Assembly: GCF_018350175.1 (NCBI RefSeq)
Contig: NC_058382.1
Location: 51,152,001-51,216,000 of the forward strand
DNA: 64,000 nucleotides
Origin: Felis catus
Taxonomy: Eukaryota
Reading direction: 5' to 3'
In this document: piece after piece, positions 36,991 to 51,490 of the stretch
Numbering within the stretch: the first letter of the stretch is position 1
How the letters are laid out: each line of letters opens with the position of its first letter
The notes under the pieces: model-generated
Databases searched by the model: none
The model's input: only the letters and a program-made list of their open reading frames with translations
Told to the model about the DNA's origin: nothing
Translations under genes and position numbers: made by a program

Positions 36991-39900
36991 CTAAGAAAAA
37001 AAAAATGCTTGTGTCTGCCACATTTTTTAATTCTCTGCATTGAATAGTTTTTCTGAGGAGAGAAAGCAAATGGGAAATATTACCCTGTACCCTGGCAGGC
37101 TACAGAGCACGGGCCTCATTGTGCTCACCAAGAATTAGAGCAGGGACAGATGTAGAACTTGGAGAAGTGCCTTCCAGAAAAGAACTCAAGCCTCAGCAAG
37201 AATTATGAGTCAGTGGAGTGGGGAGCCAGATCTGAGGGTGCCCCCATAGACTGGAGAATGCACACCATTAATTGCTTCTCTAGACTTTTCGCTCCATCTG
37301 AAATACTGCCAAAGGGAGCCAGTGCCATTTCTGAGTCATTTTTTATAATAGAAATGACATTGAAAGGGGTCATTTGGTTCAGTTTAAATTTTTGTATTGC
37401 ATACCTTCTAGAAGCTCCATAGTATCAAAAACCAAACACAAAAGGGAGTTTCCATTTTCCAGGAGCTCAGCACTGGGATGGGGAGCTCCCAGCTAAGTCA
37501 AAAACACTTTCAGTGGATGTCCATCCACTTCCTTTTTTTAAACCAGAAAAGCGCCGGCTCAGTAAGCACCTCCAAGGGGGCAAAAAGGCTACAAAGTTAA
37601 TGTTCCTGGGATGCTTGTTGGCTTGATGGGAGAGCACAGGCTTCAGATGCTGATGACTGCACCACCCACCTGCTGAGTGGCCTTGACAAGTTCAATGAAA
37701 ACCCTAAAAACTGCTTCCTTCTCAGAAAACTGGAAAAAGAACACCCATCTTGTAAAGCAGTTGTGAGATGCTCACATATGGTAGACATTCAAGGCATGTT
37801 CTCTTGAGCGATCTCCTATCCCCTTTGGCCCTCATTGCCTATGACCCCCACAGCTAGCAATTTTGTCCAGGAAGGGCTCTATCCACATCTGCACAAAGGA
37901 TTAGAATATGTTATCTCAAAGAAGGCTTGGGAAGTGGAATTACTTCGTCTGTAGAGAAGGTAGGAAAAATATTAAATGTGATTAAGATTATTTTATAATC
38001 AGTAATGGTAATATGCTTCCTCATAATTTAGGTATCCTCATAATCATTCCTATTAAAAAGCAGAAAAATAACATAAGACATTTAAAAGTTACAAAGTACT
38101 TTATAATTCGACTCTCAGAAAATCTGCTATTATCAGCATGGGAAGAAATTTTACTACCAATTTTAATGATGAGGACCTGAGACTGAGGATTTCAGAGGCC
38201 CCCAGTCTTATGTTTGCAAAGCATTCTGTACTTCTTGTACCTGCACATGGATCTCCTGCAAATACTAATTCAGGATATTTTGCCTGATGTCTGTTGTCCT
38301 GATCAGAGAGTATGACACTCCTCACATAGCCTGTCCCGGTCACCGCTGAATTGCCAAGCTTCTAGCACAGAACATAGCCCAAGAAGGAATTCAGGGATTC
38401 AGAGGAAAGGTTCACAGAGCAATGTTGTGGCAGGGGGGAGAGCCATATATTAGTAATGAAAATAAATAGGCTCTTTTCAGAAGCAGGGCAGCTGACTGGT
38501 AGCATATGTTGGGAAGGTGGAGAAGGACTGTCTCCCAGGCCTAGCTCACCGCCCCTCTAGGTGCGCACCGGGGTAGATGCTGCTTGCAGGGGTGACGCAG
38601 CCTCTCCAGTAAGCTTCCGAGTCTGTATCGAGGGACTGAGGGGTCGGTTGCCTCTGCGTGGCCAAGGGTGCTCTGAACGGGAGCCTTCCCCCATGCCAAA
38701 GGGGACCTGGGACAGTGCTTGGTTTCCACCCACTCAGGAGTGCAGAGATGAGAGAAACGGGCAGTGTCTCCTTCTGGGGAAAGAGTATTTTTGAGTGCCT
38801 AACATTTACTCCTAGTTTATTCCCACGTGGTAAGATACGCACACACACAAACACACACACGCCAGCTTTTTGGGGATGTATCAGGCAGCAAGATCCCTGT
38901 AAGGAAGAACCCTGGTAAGTGCTGGCGATGATCCCTTCTGAAGTTTCACTCTTCTGGCCTCACATTCTGGCTCTTTCCTTTATAATGAAAAGAATCCCTA
39001 AATCAATCGTTTTGCTCATCTGCAAAGTGAGTTTGTAATACTTCATCATATTGTTTCAATGTCCCAAGGATTAAACAAGAACATACCGGTTAGATACCCA
39101 GTACACTCACATGCTCAGTAAATGGCAGGGATTGGCATTGTCCTTCGGTTCTGAGGGAGAGGAGGACAATAACACTGTTGCTTTTATCAGCCGTGCATTT
39201 TCTCAGCATTCAGTCACGCCTCCTTGTGTACACACCACACCCCAGTGAGGGAGACAGACTCATCCCTGTCTCGCAGGTGAGGAGTCTGGCTCCTGAAGCT
39301 GGTGTGACTTGCCCAGAGCTACATAGTGTGTAAATGGCAGAATGTTTGATCATTCTAGAGCCAGAGTGGCCTCGCTGAAGGTGGGCTTGGCTGTTCTTTT
39401 ACTCAGGGAAAGAACAATCAATACCTCTGCAGGAACACTGCTGGAGAGAATCCTGACATGAGCACAAAGTTTCTGGGAAAAAGAAATTGGCAAACCTCCC
39501 TGTCAACAATCAGAAGGTGATCAGCAGAGAAAAGTACTCTGAGAGAGCACTGTTCTTTAATCTTCTTTGAAACAAAGCTGATTTCCCTAGACAAATGGAT
39601 CGCTAAATTCATATAATTATCTGTGCATATACTCCTGTCATCTTCAGTATTTGTAGACAGTACGTTTTATTTTTTTAAGTAAAGGAAAAACAAATGCCAT
39701 TATTCATATGTTCACAGGTGGAAAAATCTCTCTCTCCTTGCTTTTCTCATGCAGTTATCAGCACATGTTATGATGAATTCAGGGAGTTGGTCAACAAATG
39801 TATCCATGAAAAAAACAGGAAAAGAAATTTTGACTGCTTCTTGCTGCTTGTTACTGTGAAAGATAATCGACTGCTTCCTGATTCTTAGGAAAAGGAAACA

Positions 39901-41716
39901 AAAGTTCACTCCCTCAACGGAAGAGGAACCCATCGTTCTAGCCAAATGTACCTGATGAACGGGAACATGAAGTCATGGGGCAGACACGCATCAGCATCGC
40001 TGGTCCCCTGCCTTCACACGTACCACCTAGACAACCGTGTCCTCTTCTCAGGACCCATCTAGGTCCTACATCCCCAAAGAGGGGAAAGCTAAGCCTTTCC
40101 TTGGGACTGCTCAGGTGTGTGTTGGGGTGGAGGGAACCAAGCAGGAGCTGGCCACGTGGCAGCGTCCTAGGTTTCATGTAACCACGCCTGCCCATCACAG
40201 ACCGGGCTGAGAATTCACATTTATTCCCCTGTGTTCTACTTATTGTATTGTATCCCTTTCCACACACCCTTCCAAGCCCCAAGCTGGTAAACACCCTTCT
40301 TCCAAACCCACGGAAGTCTTCGACACGCTTCCGGCTATATTTGGAGCTGTCCAGCAGGCCAAAGCAAGTTTTTGTATATTTTGAGAAATTAACCTACTGG
40401 AATCCTCAGTCCTGGGAATCCAGCAGGAGTCAGAGTAGCTGATCGAAGCTTTCCATCCATAGAGACCTGGGGAACTGGGTCCAGCCTCAGCTAGGTCATA
40501 AGGCCAGTGAGAAAGGACTTGTATAAAGCAATTCTGGCGGCCCAGGAAAATGACTAGAAACCGCAATCTACCCACAGGCCTCAATGAAGCAAAGGGCAAA
40601 ACTAGGTTAAAAAACAAATCGTACGGTGCAATCTCGCTAAGACTGCAATCTGTATACATGTCATATTCATATTTTTGAAAAATATCAGAAGGAAACATCA
40701 GAATTCAACATTTTGAGCCTTTCTTTCCCCGCCTTCTAGGAATACAGGTGATTTTTATTTACTTGTGTTTTGATGCAGACCTATTTTTCCCCACATTTTC
40801 TCCATTAATCATGTACTATTGTCGTAATCAGAAAAAAGCTACAATTTAAAAAAACTACAAGTGACCCACACCAGCCTATGACTTGGAAGAGTGCTACTAA
40901 TGGAGCCAAGTGAGTCCAGTGAGAACAGTCATTCTCCAAGCCCTCCTATGCCCTTCAAATGGCCTCCCTGTACCCAAAAGAATGAAGCTTTAAAAGTGTG
41001 CATCATCAAACACGGAACCATTAGACCACTGAGTCTGCCTTTGTAGAGCGTAGAATAAGTGTTCTGAACAGGAAGGACTCAGCGGCTTTCTCTTCCCCGT
41101 AGTCCATTCCTCACCCTCACAGAGCAGGGCACTTATCCTTCTGACCACCTCCATCCTCACCTGGAAAACCAGGGAGCAGTAAGCCACACACCAAAGGCGA
41201 TAGCACGGGAATGAGGACTTGGAGAAGTCGCTGGGCCAGACACCAGGGGGTCTGATGCAGGACAAAGGTCAGGGACACACCGCGGAGGAAGCAGCTCTGC
41301 ACCCACGGATGGGAGCACCGTGCATGGGGGCTCCGATCCCAGCTCTGCAACCACGCAGCCTGCAATCTTTGGGCAAGTTATTTGGTCTCCCTTGGCCTCA
41401 TGTTCCTCATCTGTATGGGAGTCTTCTCTTTTGTCTCCCAAGAAACCGTTGTTGAAGTTTCACAGAACATTGGCTTCCTCCCAGAACAGGATTAGGAAAA
41501 AAAATGGCAACTGTGAATCTGGACAGAAACAATGTCCTAGCTTGGGAAACATGGAATGGAAATAAAGTGTGTTTCCCTTTACTCTTGCTTAAAATGAAAG
41601 AAAACCAAAACACCCCACCCTCACACATACCCCAAATACAATTGTATAATCATACAATAATTGTTCAGTTACTTCGATGTTGCAAAGCAAAGCCAGAATG
41701 CCAGAATTTTCTAAGC

Positions 41717-42021
41717 ATCCATTGTCCAATATGGTAGCCACTGACCACATGTGGCTGTTGGAGGGTGGCCAGTCCCAGCTGAGATGTGCTGTCAGCGTAA
41801 ACTACACCCTGGATTTCAAAGATTTAGTGTGAAAAGAAGGTCACATATCTCATTCATTTTTTTCATTGATTATATGTTGGCCTGATAATATTTTGGATAT
41901 AATGAATCAAAATATATTATTAAAAGTAATTTCACCTGTTAATTTTTACCTGTAGTGTGCCTTACTAAAAAGTTTAAAATTACTTACGTGGTTGGCATTA
42001 TATTTCTCGTAGGCAGTGCTG
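41717..42021 (-). mobile_element. MER33-like hAT-Charlie MITE
   Basis: tgtccaatatggtagccact...ccacatgtggct...cattatatttct...cagtgctg termini. Confidence 0.8.
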
Positions 42022-42399
42022 ATCTAGGAGAAAGATTTTCTTTCTGGGAATAGGCTCTACCTGCCCTTTCTTCAGGTGCCTTGTGACATGATGACAGAAC
42101 TATGTGAAGCATGTTGCGCACAGGGAAGATGGAAGGGCTGAAGATATTTATTCCACCACCACCCCCAAGCCCTCATTGGGTTATCATGGCTTTGATGTGA
42201 GCCACTGGGTCTTTCTCCTTCTTCCCTTTCCCCCCCTTCCTCTTCTTTCTTTCTCTTCCCTCTTACTTATTGTAAAATCATCTATGCCAAAGTGCCTGCT
42301 ATTCCTGAGCTCTAATAGGAGTGAGGTGTCGGTCAGATAATTAGCTCCTGTTGTACTTCACTCATCATTAGCACCTGATTTACTGGGAAAGCTTTACTC

Positions 42400-42840
42400 C
42401 AGGTAAAATCATTACCTGCCAGAATGATGTGTCTTGGAGAGACAGGCTTTGCCTGCCCAGAATACTTCCAGAGTTCTTTAAGTAATATTATTTTGGTTTT
42501 TCTTTGCAAAACTGATCAACGTCTTTGGTTGTATCAATCACAGTGCCCTGTACTCTTCCCCTCCCCACTGGACATTCAGGATAATTCAACCCCCTTTCCC
42601 AGGACTTGAGTCTCAAGAAGAATGACCTACCATGGGAGTGGAGGTAGATCTAAGCCATTTGTATATCAGTCTCCACAGAGACTGACTGATCACTCCTGCT
42701 ACCGGGTTCTTAGACCTACCTTGATACTGTGCTGATTGATTTTCAATTCTTCTTTCAATCTGATGAGCTACCCAGTAAGACTTGAAATAACTTCCTTTTG
42801 CATTTAAGCTGCGCAGAATCATTTTCCATTCCTTGCAGCC
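42400..42840 (+). mobile_element. Ancient MaLR LTR remnant (MLT1K/L-like)
   Basis: tgagctacccagt...aataacttccttttgcatttaagct...ccttgcagcc resembles an MLT1 3' end. Confidence 0.45.
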
Positions 42841-43976
42841 ACAGCCCTCTGTGTTGTTATTCTAATTCAGCAAAACAGTGAAATGCTGCAAAAAGTATTT
42901 AAGAACCTTTGTCCCTGGCTGCAAATATTAATAGGATGGAATAAAGAGGTAAATTGGTTGAAACACAGCCATCCGCTTTGTCTTCGTACAAAACCACCAT
43001 TGTGCTGTTCCTTGGCTGGCTCCGTTGATCATGAAGCTGATTCCCACCAGTTGTTGCAGACCTCACCTTCATGCTGGGGGCTGCTGAGCTCTGGGAAATG
43101 GGAGTTGAAAGGAATGAGAAGGCCTGGATCTCCCCGATCCTTTCACTTTTTAAACACTAGTATCGTCAGTTCTCACTCAAGCTGTCCCCTGTGAAACCAT
43201 TTTGAAGTTGGGCCGAAAGCTACACATCTCCAAATGTTCTTTAAATACCTGCTAGATTTTAACCGCTGGGGAGCAACTATTTCCTCATGACCTGCATGTG
43301 CGACTTCAACTATGTTTGTCATTCAGGTAGAGTACTGGTGGCTTCATCTACTTAACCAAGGTAAAGGACTGCTTCCTTTCTTCCCAAAGTGTACCCAATT
43401 GTCCTCTTATTTGGGGGTTGTAAAGACTTGGTCATGGTCTTTCCTTAATTCTAATAGTCACCCAGTGCAAATCTCTGGAGCATTTTATGATGGGAAGAGG
43501 AGAAACTTCATGTAAGTTTTGCAGCTGTGAGCCGTGGATTTGCCATTGCTAAAATACCTTGCATTTGCAAAATAAGTTATCAAGAAATTGTTTCTTCATG
43601 AACCCTATACCTGTATTTTCCATGTTTGTTAGAAAGGTTGGTGCCAGCTAGGGAAGAAGGGTTTAGGGGTAAATATAACTCCTTTGATGTGTGTAACGAA
43701 GAGACTGACGTAATGTTCTTTTACCAGAATTGGTTATCAGTTGCATACTAAGTTTCAAGCACTAAACTAGGGTTTTGCATTTATTATTTGACTTGCTTTT
43801 CGCAGCAACCCTAAAAGTTAGATACCATTATCCCAGTGTTAAAAAACAAGAATGCTGAAAACTAAGTAGGTGCTCTAACTACAGTCACCCAGCTAAGAAG
43901 TGGCAGATCAAGATTTCGAAGACCAGCAACGTCTGACTTCAAACCATAGTTAATTCCATCAGACCTTCCTGTTTCT

Positions 43977-44185
43977 TTTTTTTTTGCTTTTGTTTTATGT
44001 TTATTCTGAGAGGGACAGTGTGCGCATGTGAGTGGGGGAGGGACAGAGAAAGAGAGAGTCTCAAGCAGGCTCCCCGCTGTCGGCACAGAGCCTGACATGG
44101 GCTCAAACTCACGAACTGTGAGATCATGACCTGAGCCAAAACCAAGAGTCAGATGTTTAACCACCAGAGCCACCCAGGCTCCCCA
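43977..44185 (-). mobile_element. Can-SINE
   Basis: TSD ttcc(t/c)gtttcttt. Confidence 0.9.
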
Positions 44186-44380
44186 CATTTTCCCGTTTCT
44201 TTGCTGTTGTTTTTGCCATTTAATAAAACGCAATTTAGTTAAAAAATAAAGCTGTTTAACCAAACATAACTTTGTTTTTAGGTTAACCCTTAAATAGCAT
44301 GAAACGAGTTAAAGAGACAGACCCTTCCTCAAGGAGACGTGCATTAAATCAACAAGTGGTATGTTAGGTACTACTTTTTA

Positions 44381-44603
44381 TTTTTTTTTTAATTTTTTTT
44401 TCAACGTTTTTTATTTATTTTTGGGACAGAGAAAGAGCATGAACGGGGGAGGGGCAGGGAGAGAGGGAGACACAGAATCGGAAACAGGCTCCAGGCTCCG
44501 AGCCATCAGCCCAGAGCCTGACGCGGGGCTCGAACTCATGGACCGCGAGATTGTGACCTGGCTGAAGTCGGACGCTTAACCGACTGTGCCACCCAGGCGC
44601 CCC
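44381..44603 (-). mobile_element. Young Can-SINE (SINEC_Fc-type)
   Basis: TSD aggtactacttttta. Confidence 0.95.
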
Positions 44604-45627
44604 AAGGTACTACTTTTTAAAATTTAACTCCAGTTCTCAACTCATCAGAATAAAGGGTCTGGTGTTAGGAAGCCATTGTCCTCTATGGCACAGACACCAC
44701 AGACTTGGCATATGCTGCCTGGTCCTGCTCTGTGGAGTTTCTCCATCCAGGGACACTGTCCCCTTCAGGCATTCTGTCAGTCATCAGCTGCCTTCCTTCC
44801 AAGTACGATCTGAACATAACTTTGCTGCTAGGTCTGTCCTGCCGTGTTTCTCCCTGAGCTAAGCTAAAGTTGAAAGAACCTTCCTCCTTCTATAGGTTAC
44901 CGCCATCCCCGAACCTTCAATCCAAGTTTCTAAACTTCTCATGACCAGATGCTATCCTTCTAAGTAAATTATTTTGGCAACTACGTAACCTTATTATTCT
45001 CTGACTCTCCAACCAGGATAAACCCGCTTCTCAGAGGAGTGGCACAAACTCATGATTTTTTTACCAAATACCTAAAGTAATTTGAAATACAAGATAAGGT
45101 TATATGGTTATTTCCTAAAAATGTCATGGATGGGTTTATCCAACTATCACATATGATTATTTCCTAGGAAAGTCACGGACGGCTTTATCACCTCGAAGGA
45201 TGGGCATTTCTGGTTCCACCTACTGTTCCAGCATCATGCTGAGGTTAGTTTGTGATACCATATGTGAGACTTTTCCACAGACATGGCAGTCACTGCCCAA
45301 TTCCTGATGACAGGAGGGCGAGAAGGGACAAACTCATTTCCTTCTCACAACTTTCACACGGCCCCCTCCATCTTCAGGCCAAGTTTACCATCTGTTTCTT
45401 GAGTCTCCAGTGCTTACCGGGTAGGGAGTGTGGGGAGGTTGGAGGAGAGCTGAGTGGAAAACAGATTTCACAGGAAAAGCTTATAATCTTGGAGAAAAAT
45501 AGGGGAAGGCCAGAAATACAAAGGTTTCAATCAAAGAGTGAGATAAATGATCTTCATCAGTGATAGTGTCTCTGCTTCTGAACTTTTATTTAAAAACAAA
45601 CTTTGGGACAGTAAAGAAAACTTTCCT

Positions 45628-45853
45628 GGGGCGCCTGGGTGGCGCAGTCGGTTAAGCGTCCGACTTCAGCCAGGTCACGATCTCGCGGTCCGGGAGTTCG
45701 AGCCCCTCGTCGGGCTCTGGGCTGATGGCTCAGAGCCTGGAGCCTGTTTCCGATTCTGTGTCTCCCTCTCTCTCTGCCCCTCCCCCGTTCATGCTCTGTC
45801 TCTCTCTGTCCCAAAAATAAATAAACGTTGAAAAAAAAAATATATATATATAT
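45628..45853 (+). mobile_element. Young Can-SINE (SINEC_Fc-type), tail ends in (TA)n
   Basis: TSD aaaactttcctg. Confidence 0.95.
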
Positions 45854-46299
45854 AAAACTTTCCTGAAACAACAACAAAAAAAATTCTGTGCCCCACAGTA
45901 CCTTTCCATATATTTTTTCCCATTCTATGAATCTGATAAAATTGAAATTTTAAATCTCTTTAAGTTTTTAAAGGAAGCATGGATCACTGCCCTGAAATAT
46001 CAAGCATAGAACATCCATGGTCCTATATAACTGAACTTGCCATTTAAAATCATTAGGGACAAATTTCCAAAATCCAAGTGAATCTAGCCCCAAAGATCTT
46101 TCAGTATAATTGGAAAATAACCCCTTGACTGGCTTTTGAAAAGGAAGAACATGGAATCCCTTTGGTTCCATGGAAAGAAAACGAAGAGTATCCCATAGTG
46201 GAGGCCAAAGGTGAATAGCATATGCTCCGAAAAGTTTCTAAGCCAGATAACCCCTACCCTTTTCATTTCATGGGTAGTAAATATAGATGACTGTCTTGA

Positions 46300-46495
46300 T
46301 CCAGTCCTGGCTCCTACCCAGGTTTCTAGCTTTGTGACCTGGGGGGAGGATGTTTGACTTCTGTATCAGTTCTATTAACTATAAAAATGGGCATAATTAT
46401 ATTTGCCTCATAGGGCTGTTGTAAGGATTGAGCAAAATAAGCATATAAATGAGCTAGTTTAGTCCTTGACATGATAGGTGTTTAATGAATATTAG
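46300..46495 (+). mobile_element. MIR
   Basis: tgtgacctggg...ataaaaatgggcataat...cctcatagggctgttgtaaggatt. Confidence 0.7.
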
Positions 46496-49400
46496 ATTTA
46501 TTTTCTCTCAATTTGCAATATCTAACACTTCTGTATGAAAAGGAGTCCTGATTTAACTAGAAATGTCATTGCAGCCAACTTGTGGGCTGAGATGAGCGCT
46601 CGGATGAGAACTCCAAGCAGACTTCTCGACACATGCCTGTCAAGTTTGCAACCAGTCAGATATGGAATTGTGTTTTCCCAGACAGAAGTGGAAAGTTACT
46701 CCTACCTCATAGAATTGTGTGAGTAGAACATAAACTTTATAAAACAACTGGCACTAAATAGCATTGCTACAGTACATGTGAGTGTGTCCGGTGGAAGAAA
46801 TTGTTGCCGGCCACAGGGTCGTGGGGATGTTGTAAATCATAGATGGGAATCATCATTGTTTTCTCTCTCATATTTAGATGTGTAATCTACCTGAAACTGA
46901 CTTTTGCCTGTGGCATGAGAAAGAATTCATGATAACTATTGGTTTTAAGGTCAAGACCCTTAGTAGACTCTTCTTGACCCCTGGGTCACTCTCATGACCT
47001 TGACCCTCCAAGATAACTGGGTTCCACTGCACTCTGTCTTCTTTCCTTCCTGCTCCCTGTTGACACAGGCCGTCTTCCTGTATGTGCAGACATATCGAGC
47101 TGGGGAAAAAGAATGCTTATCTGTCTTCCCAAGGCCTGTGTCCTTCATAAAGGATGGTCTTGGAGAATCTCTAAAAGGCTAGAACATAGGTGGAAAATCA
47201 TGGTGGGAAGAGCCACAGTACAGCCCACCCTCCTTTTCCAAATCTTCTGTTTGTATAAGCTTGGCAGGAAAGGGTGAGGGATGACCCTGAGGCAGCAGAG
47301 ACAGCTTAGAGACTTCTCTTGGGATCTGGGATCTGCCCCTAGTTGTTTGAGCTCTGATGCCTCTTCCTTCAGCTTTGGATCCCATTTAGCAATTCCTAGG
47401 CAACCAGACAAGTTCCACATACCCACATCTCATCACACCAGGGTGGTCTTGCCGGGGAAAGGGGGCAACACAGGAGAGAACTGGGGTGCAAACATAGTGA
47501 CGCCTGTTGACACTTGCCAGTCTTACCTAAGGCTTTCCCTGTGTGTGCACACTTAGAGACAGGATGAGTGCTGGCGCCCTCTGCAGTGCCGAGTTCCTGG
47601 TACCCAGGAGAATATCAGTGATGCAGACGGTGACATTCGGTGTGTGCATCTTACAAGGAGTTCTCTGTCACCTCCCAAAGTTAAAAGCAACAACAACAAC
47701 AACACTGAAACAAAAGTTGCCGCGGCTGAACGGCTGGTGATAACGTTCGTTAAAAACAACTACCGCAGTCTGTATGTTGTGGAGGAGCCACGTGGCACCT
47801 GGAAAAATTGCATTCTGATATTTTAGGGGAAAAAACAAAAGTTAAAAGGAGAAAGAAAAGAACTCTCCTATCTCAAAAGACACAGATTTTCCCAATTCTG
47901 AGAATCTGAATCACAGCCAACTTACAAAGTCCTTTGAAATTAACAGGTTATATTAGCAGAGCTGATACAGCCTTATCTGAAAGTGAGCAAGAACAGCCCC
48001 CATCATGATGGAAAAGCAAAGCAAAAAGCTTCTAAAGCCTGTTACGGCCTGAGCCAGAAGAATTAAGGTCTTGGCACAATGTTGTCCCAGAATGTCTCAG
48101 AATCATATATTTTTGTGAGAAACTTGGAAGTCAGATTTTCTTGTGTGGCAGAACACATACCATGGGGATTTCAGAGCCGTGGATGGCCAGGATTTTTACT
48201 AAGCAGCAGGAAAAGTTCAGGGCGAAGAACCAAGAATAATGAAGATGTACAGAGAAGTATAGGTGGGGACAGGAGGTGAAGGGAGAAGATCTCAGGATCT
48301 TTCCAGTTTCTAATCTCAACCTGAAGTCTAGCCGCTTTCCATTCTATGTACTATGAGGTATATTTAAATTTATTTCATAGCCACCTTTTTAATGAGCTGT
48401 CTGGAGCCGGGTTCTCTTACTTTGTACCAAGAATCCTAACAACCGCAGTGGGTGTCAGGACATGGCCAAGTGAGCCGAGAGGTGGTTTTCTAGGCACAGG
48501 ACGCCACACCCCCGACAAAGCTTACTCTGCCCCACAGGTGCTGACGTGTTCCACAAAATTCCTGAACATCAAGTTACACACCAGAGAAGTACGTCAGGCT
48601 GGATGTGCTTTGCCTGTGGAGGAAATGGAAGACAGATTGAGCTGGCTGCTCCAAGAAGCCAAGATGTGTGACTTGACTACTCCGCTGTGCAGAAGGCCAT
48701 GCGACCTGGAGCCAGCAGACTGGTCCTAGTCTAAAACACTCTGCTAACGGCAGCCTAGGTATATTGCAATGCTCCCTTAAGAACTTCTGCTCATCCTTAC
48801 TCAGAGTAACACAGCCAAAACTGTATTCCAGATCCACTTTTTCCAGTGTTCCAGTAATGAGATGTTCTTCGTACATGAGTCCCAGGCCCAAAGGGACAAT
48901 TACTTTTCATCTGGATTCATAAGGCCCTAACGATGCTGACATCAAGCACCATATTGTTAGTTCTGTGCAGTCTATATACATTTTTTAAGTCACATTTTCC
49001 TGATTATATGACCTTGAGCAAATTAATTAAACTCTGGACCTCTGTATACTTTTCTGTAAAACAGATTTAATGTGCATTACTTCACGATTGTTGTGAATAT
49101 TAAGTAAATTTACCAATATAAAGTGCTTTGCACAGTTCCTGGCACATGGTAGGTGTTGAACAAAGATGAGCCTTTCATTATTATTGCTAGAAATATGTGG
49201 CTGCCTCCGTTGACTTGACTCCAGAGGCTGATGACCTCCCTCCCCTTTGTCTAAAAATATTTCAGATGCCACTTTAGCAGTTAGAGATTCATCTCTCCGG
49301 GTTGTCAAATAATCTCTTCTGTAATGTAGAAAATTCTAGTTCAGAAATATGAAATACTACCTAATGGTCATTTAAACCTTTTCGAAAATAGTTTTCCAAC

Positions 49401-50609
49401 TAGATCATTTCCTTCTAATATATTTTATTGCAAAGAAGGATGCAATTAACCAATGGACTCGAGAGAGATGCAGACTTGCAGAACTGACATGGTGGTAGGC
49501 TGATGATGCCTAATTCTCCAGACTCACCAGGCAGATGAGCTTGTCTCCTCAGAGATACTCAGAGCTCCAAAATCTGAGGAACAGGTGCCTCCCTATCAGG
49601 TACATGGATTTTTTCTGCCATCTAGCGGTCAACTTTTGAGGACAACTGCCTTTAAGTGAGCTAAGGAGGCATTGTCCCACCCTGGACAGTGCACAAGAAC
49701 CTGACTGGCTTCTAGGAGTTTGACTGTTTTACGTACCTTATATAAGCGGAATCATGATTTCACAGGTGTGCATATATGCCCAAACTCATTTAATCTTACA
49801 CATTAAATATGTGCAGGTTTTGTGTATCAGTTATATACTTTAATAAAGTTACGTAAGTAACAACTCCTGGGCATCGTCTTCGGCTTGCACTTTCCAGGGA
49901 CTGAGATCCTGTATGAGATGGAAAGAAACACAAAGGCCTAGATCTTCAGGGAGGTTAGAGCTCCACACTGGCTGTCTCCAGAGCAATACCTTAGCCACCT
50001 GTTCTTTGGGTGGCCTCAGGCTTGCCACTTCCCTCTCCCAACCCACCTTCTCATCTATCAGGTGGGTCACACTATGGATTCCTGCTAGCTCTGATATTTT
50101 GGTGTTCCAGTGTCTCTCAGATTGCAAATATTTGTTTAAAGAAGCTTATCTATACTTCATTAATAAAACTAAACTGAGGAGAAAGTATAACATTAAACAG
50201 TTAACTAATTTAGCATTACTTAGGACAACTCAGTAATAAGGTGGGTAGGTATAAAGTTTCCGGCATCATCTTCCTCTTGGAGAAGCTCCTTCTTAATTTC
50301 TGTGTAAAGCCTCTTAACTATTGATTCATTTACTCTATAGTCTGTAGAATGCAAAGAGCACTGAGTAGGTGGCTTGTTTTTAATATTCAGATATTTTTTG
50401 ATGAATGCTAGAAAGGCTGATCACACCAATAATACACGTTTATTCATTTGTTGGATTTATTTAACCTAGAATTTTCCATTTGCCAAGACATAGCACTGGC
50501 TTAATCCCTTCCAAAAATGACTACCATACGTTTTGTAACATTCTACCAACTTCCAAAGGGTCTCCTTTTCCCTTCATCATTATTCTATTCAATAATTAAG
50601 AGACCGGAT

Positions 50610-50751
50610 GGGGTCCTTGGGTGGCTCAGTCAGTTTAGCATCAGACTTCAGCTCAGGTTGTGATCTCACAGTTTGTTAAGTTCGAGAGACTTAGGGCTCG
50701 CTGCTGTCAGCATGGAGCCTACTTGGGATTCTCTGTCTCCGTCTCTCTGCC

Positions 50752-50807
<56 letters not shown>

Positions 50808-50856
50808 CCTCCCTCTCTCTTTCTCAAATATAAACATTAAGAAAAAAAACAAGAAA
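50610..50856 (+). mobile_element. Can-SINE with long (CT)n
   Basis: Head, (CT)n, A tail. Confidence 0.9.
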
Positions 50857-50999
50857 GAGGAATCTGAAAATAACCAATTACATGAAGATCCCACTGGCTT
50901 CCCATTGCTGCCATTATCGCATCCAAACCTGCATTTTGCCATCAAAGCATTCTTTGGGCCCTAGAAAGGACGTTTGTGTATCACTTCCTCAGTACTCCC

Positions 51000-51490
51000 A
51001 TCTCCTGCCAGCTTCAGCACCCTGAATTTTCTTTGGAAAAGTACTCCCTGCTATGACGTGAGTAGTCTTGACTTCACTTCCAAGGCCAGAGTGGATCTTT
51101 TTTGGCTTAGGCCACTCTCAATGATCCTTCTCCTGGCCATAGTGGTTGGTTCAGAGGTGGACATAGGAACCAACCCAAGTCAATGAGATTTCTGGAGGAA
51201 CTTATGAGAAATGGACTCTCTCTGATCCCTTCTGGACATAAGCAGGACATATATACCCAAAGAAACTGCTGAAGCCGTCTTGGAATCAGAGGAAAGAGAC
51301 TGCTAGAAACTTGTGAGCCCCAACAAAGAAGAGCAAGAAATGGAGAAGGAACTGGAATCCTGACCAGATCATTGGAGCCCTGGACCAAGTCTGACCCGAA
51401 GCTAGTCTCTCCTTTCTCTTCAGTTAGCCAACAAAGCTCATTTATTATTTAAGCCAGGTTGAATTGGGTTTTTTCCCTTTTGAAGTAATA
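51000..51490 (+). mobile_element. MaLR LTR (MLT1J/K-like)
   Basis: ctggccatagtggttggttcag...ttggagccctggaccaag...taagccaggttgaattgggtttt. Confidence 0.65.

Noticed and set aside
48574..48891. 105-aa minus ORF (YEEHLITGTLEKVDLEYSFG...)
   Set aside because: No recognisable family or exon boundaries; length is within chance expectation.
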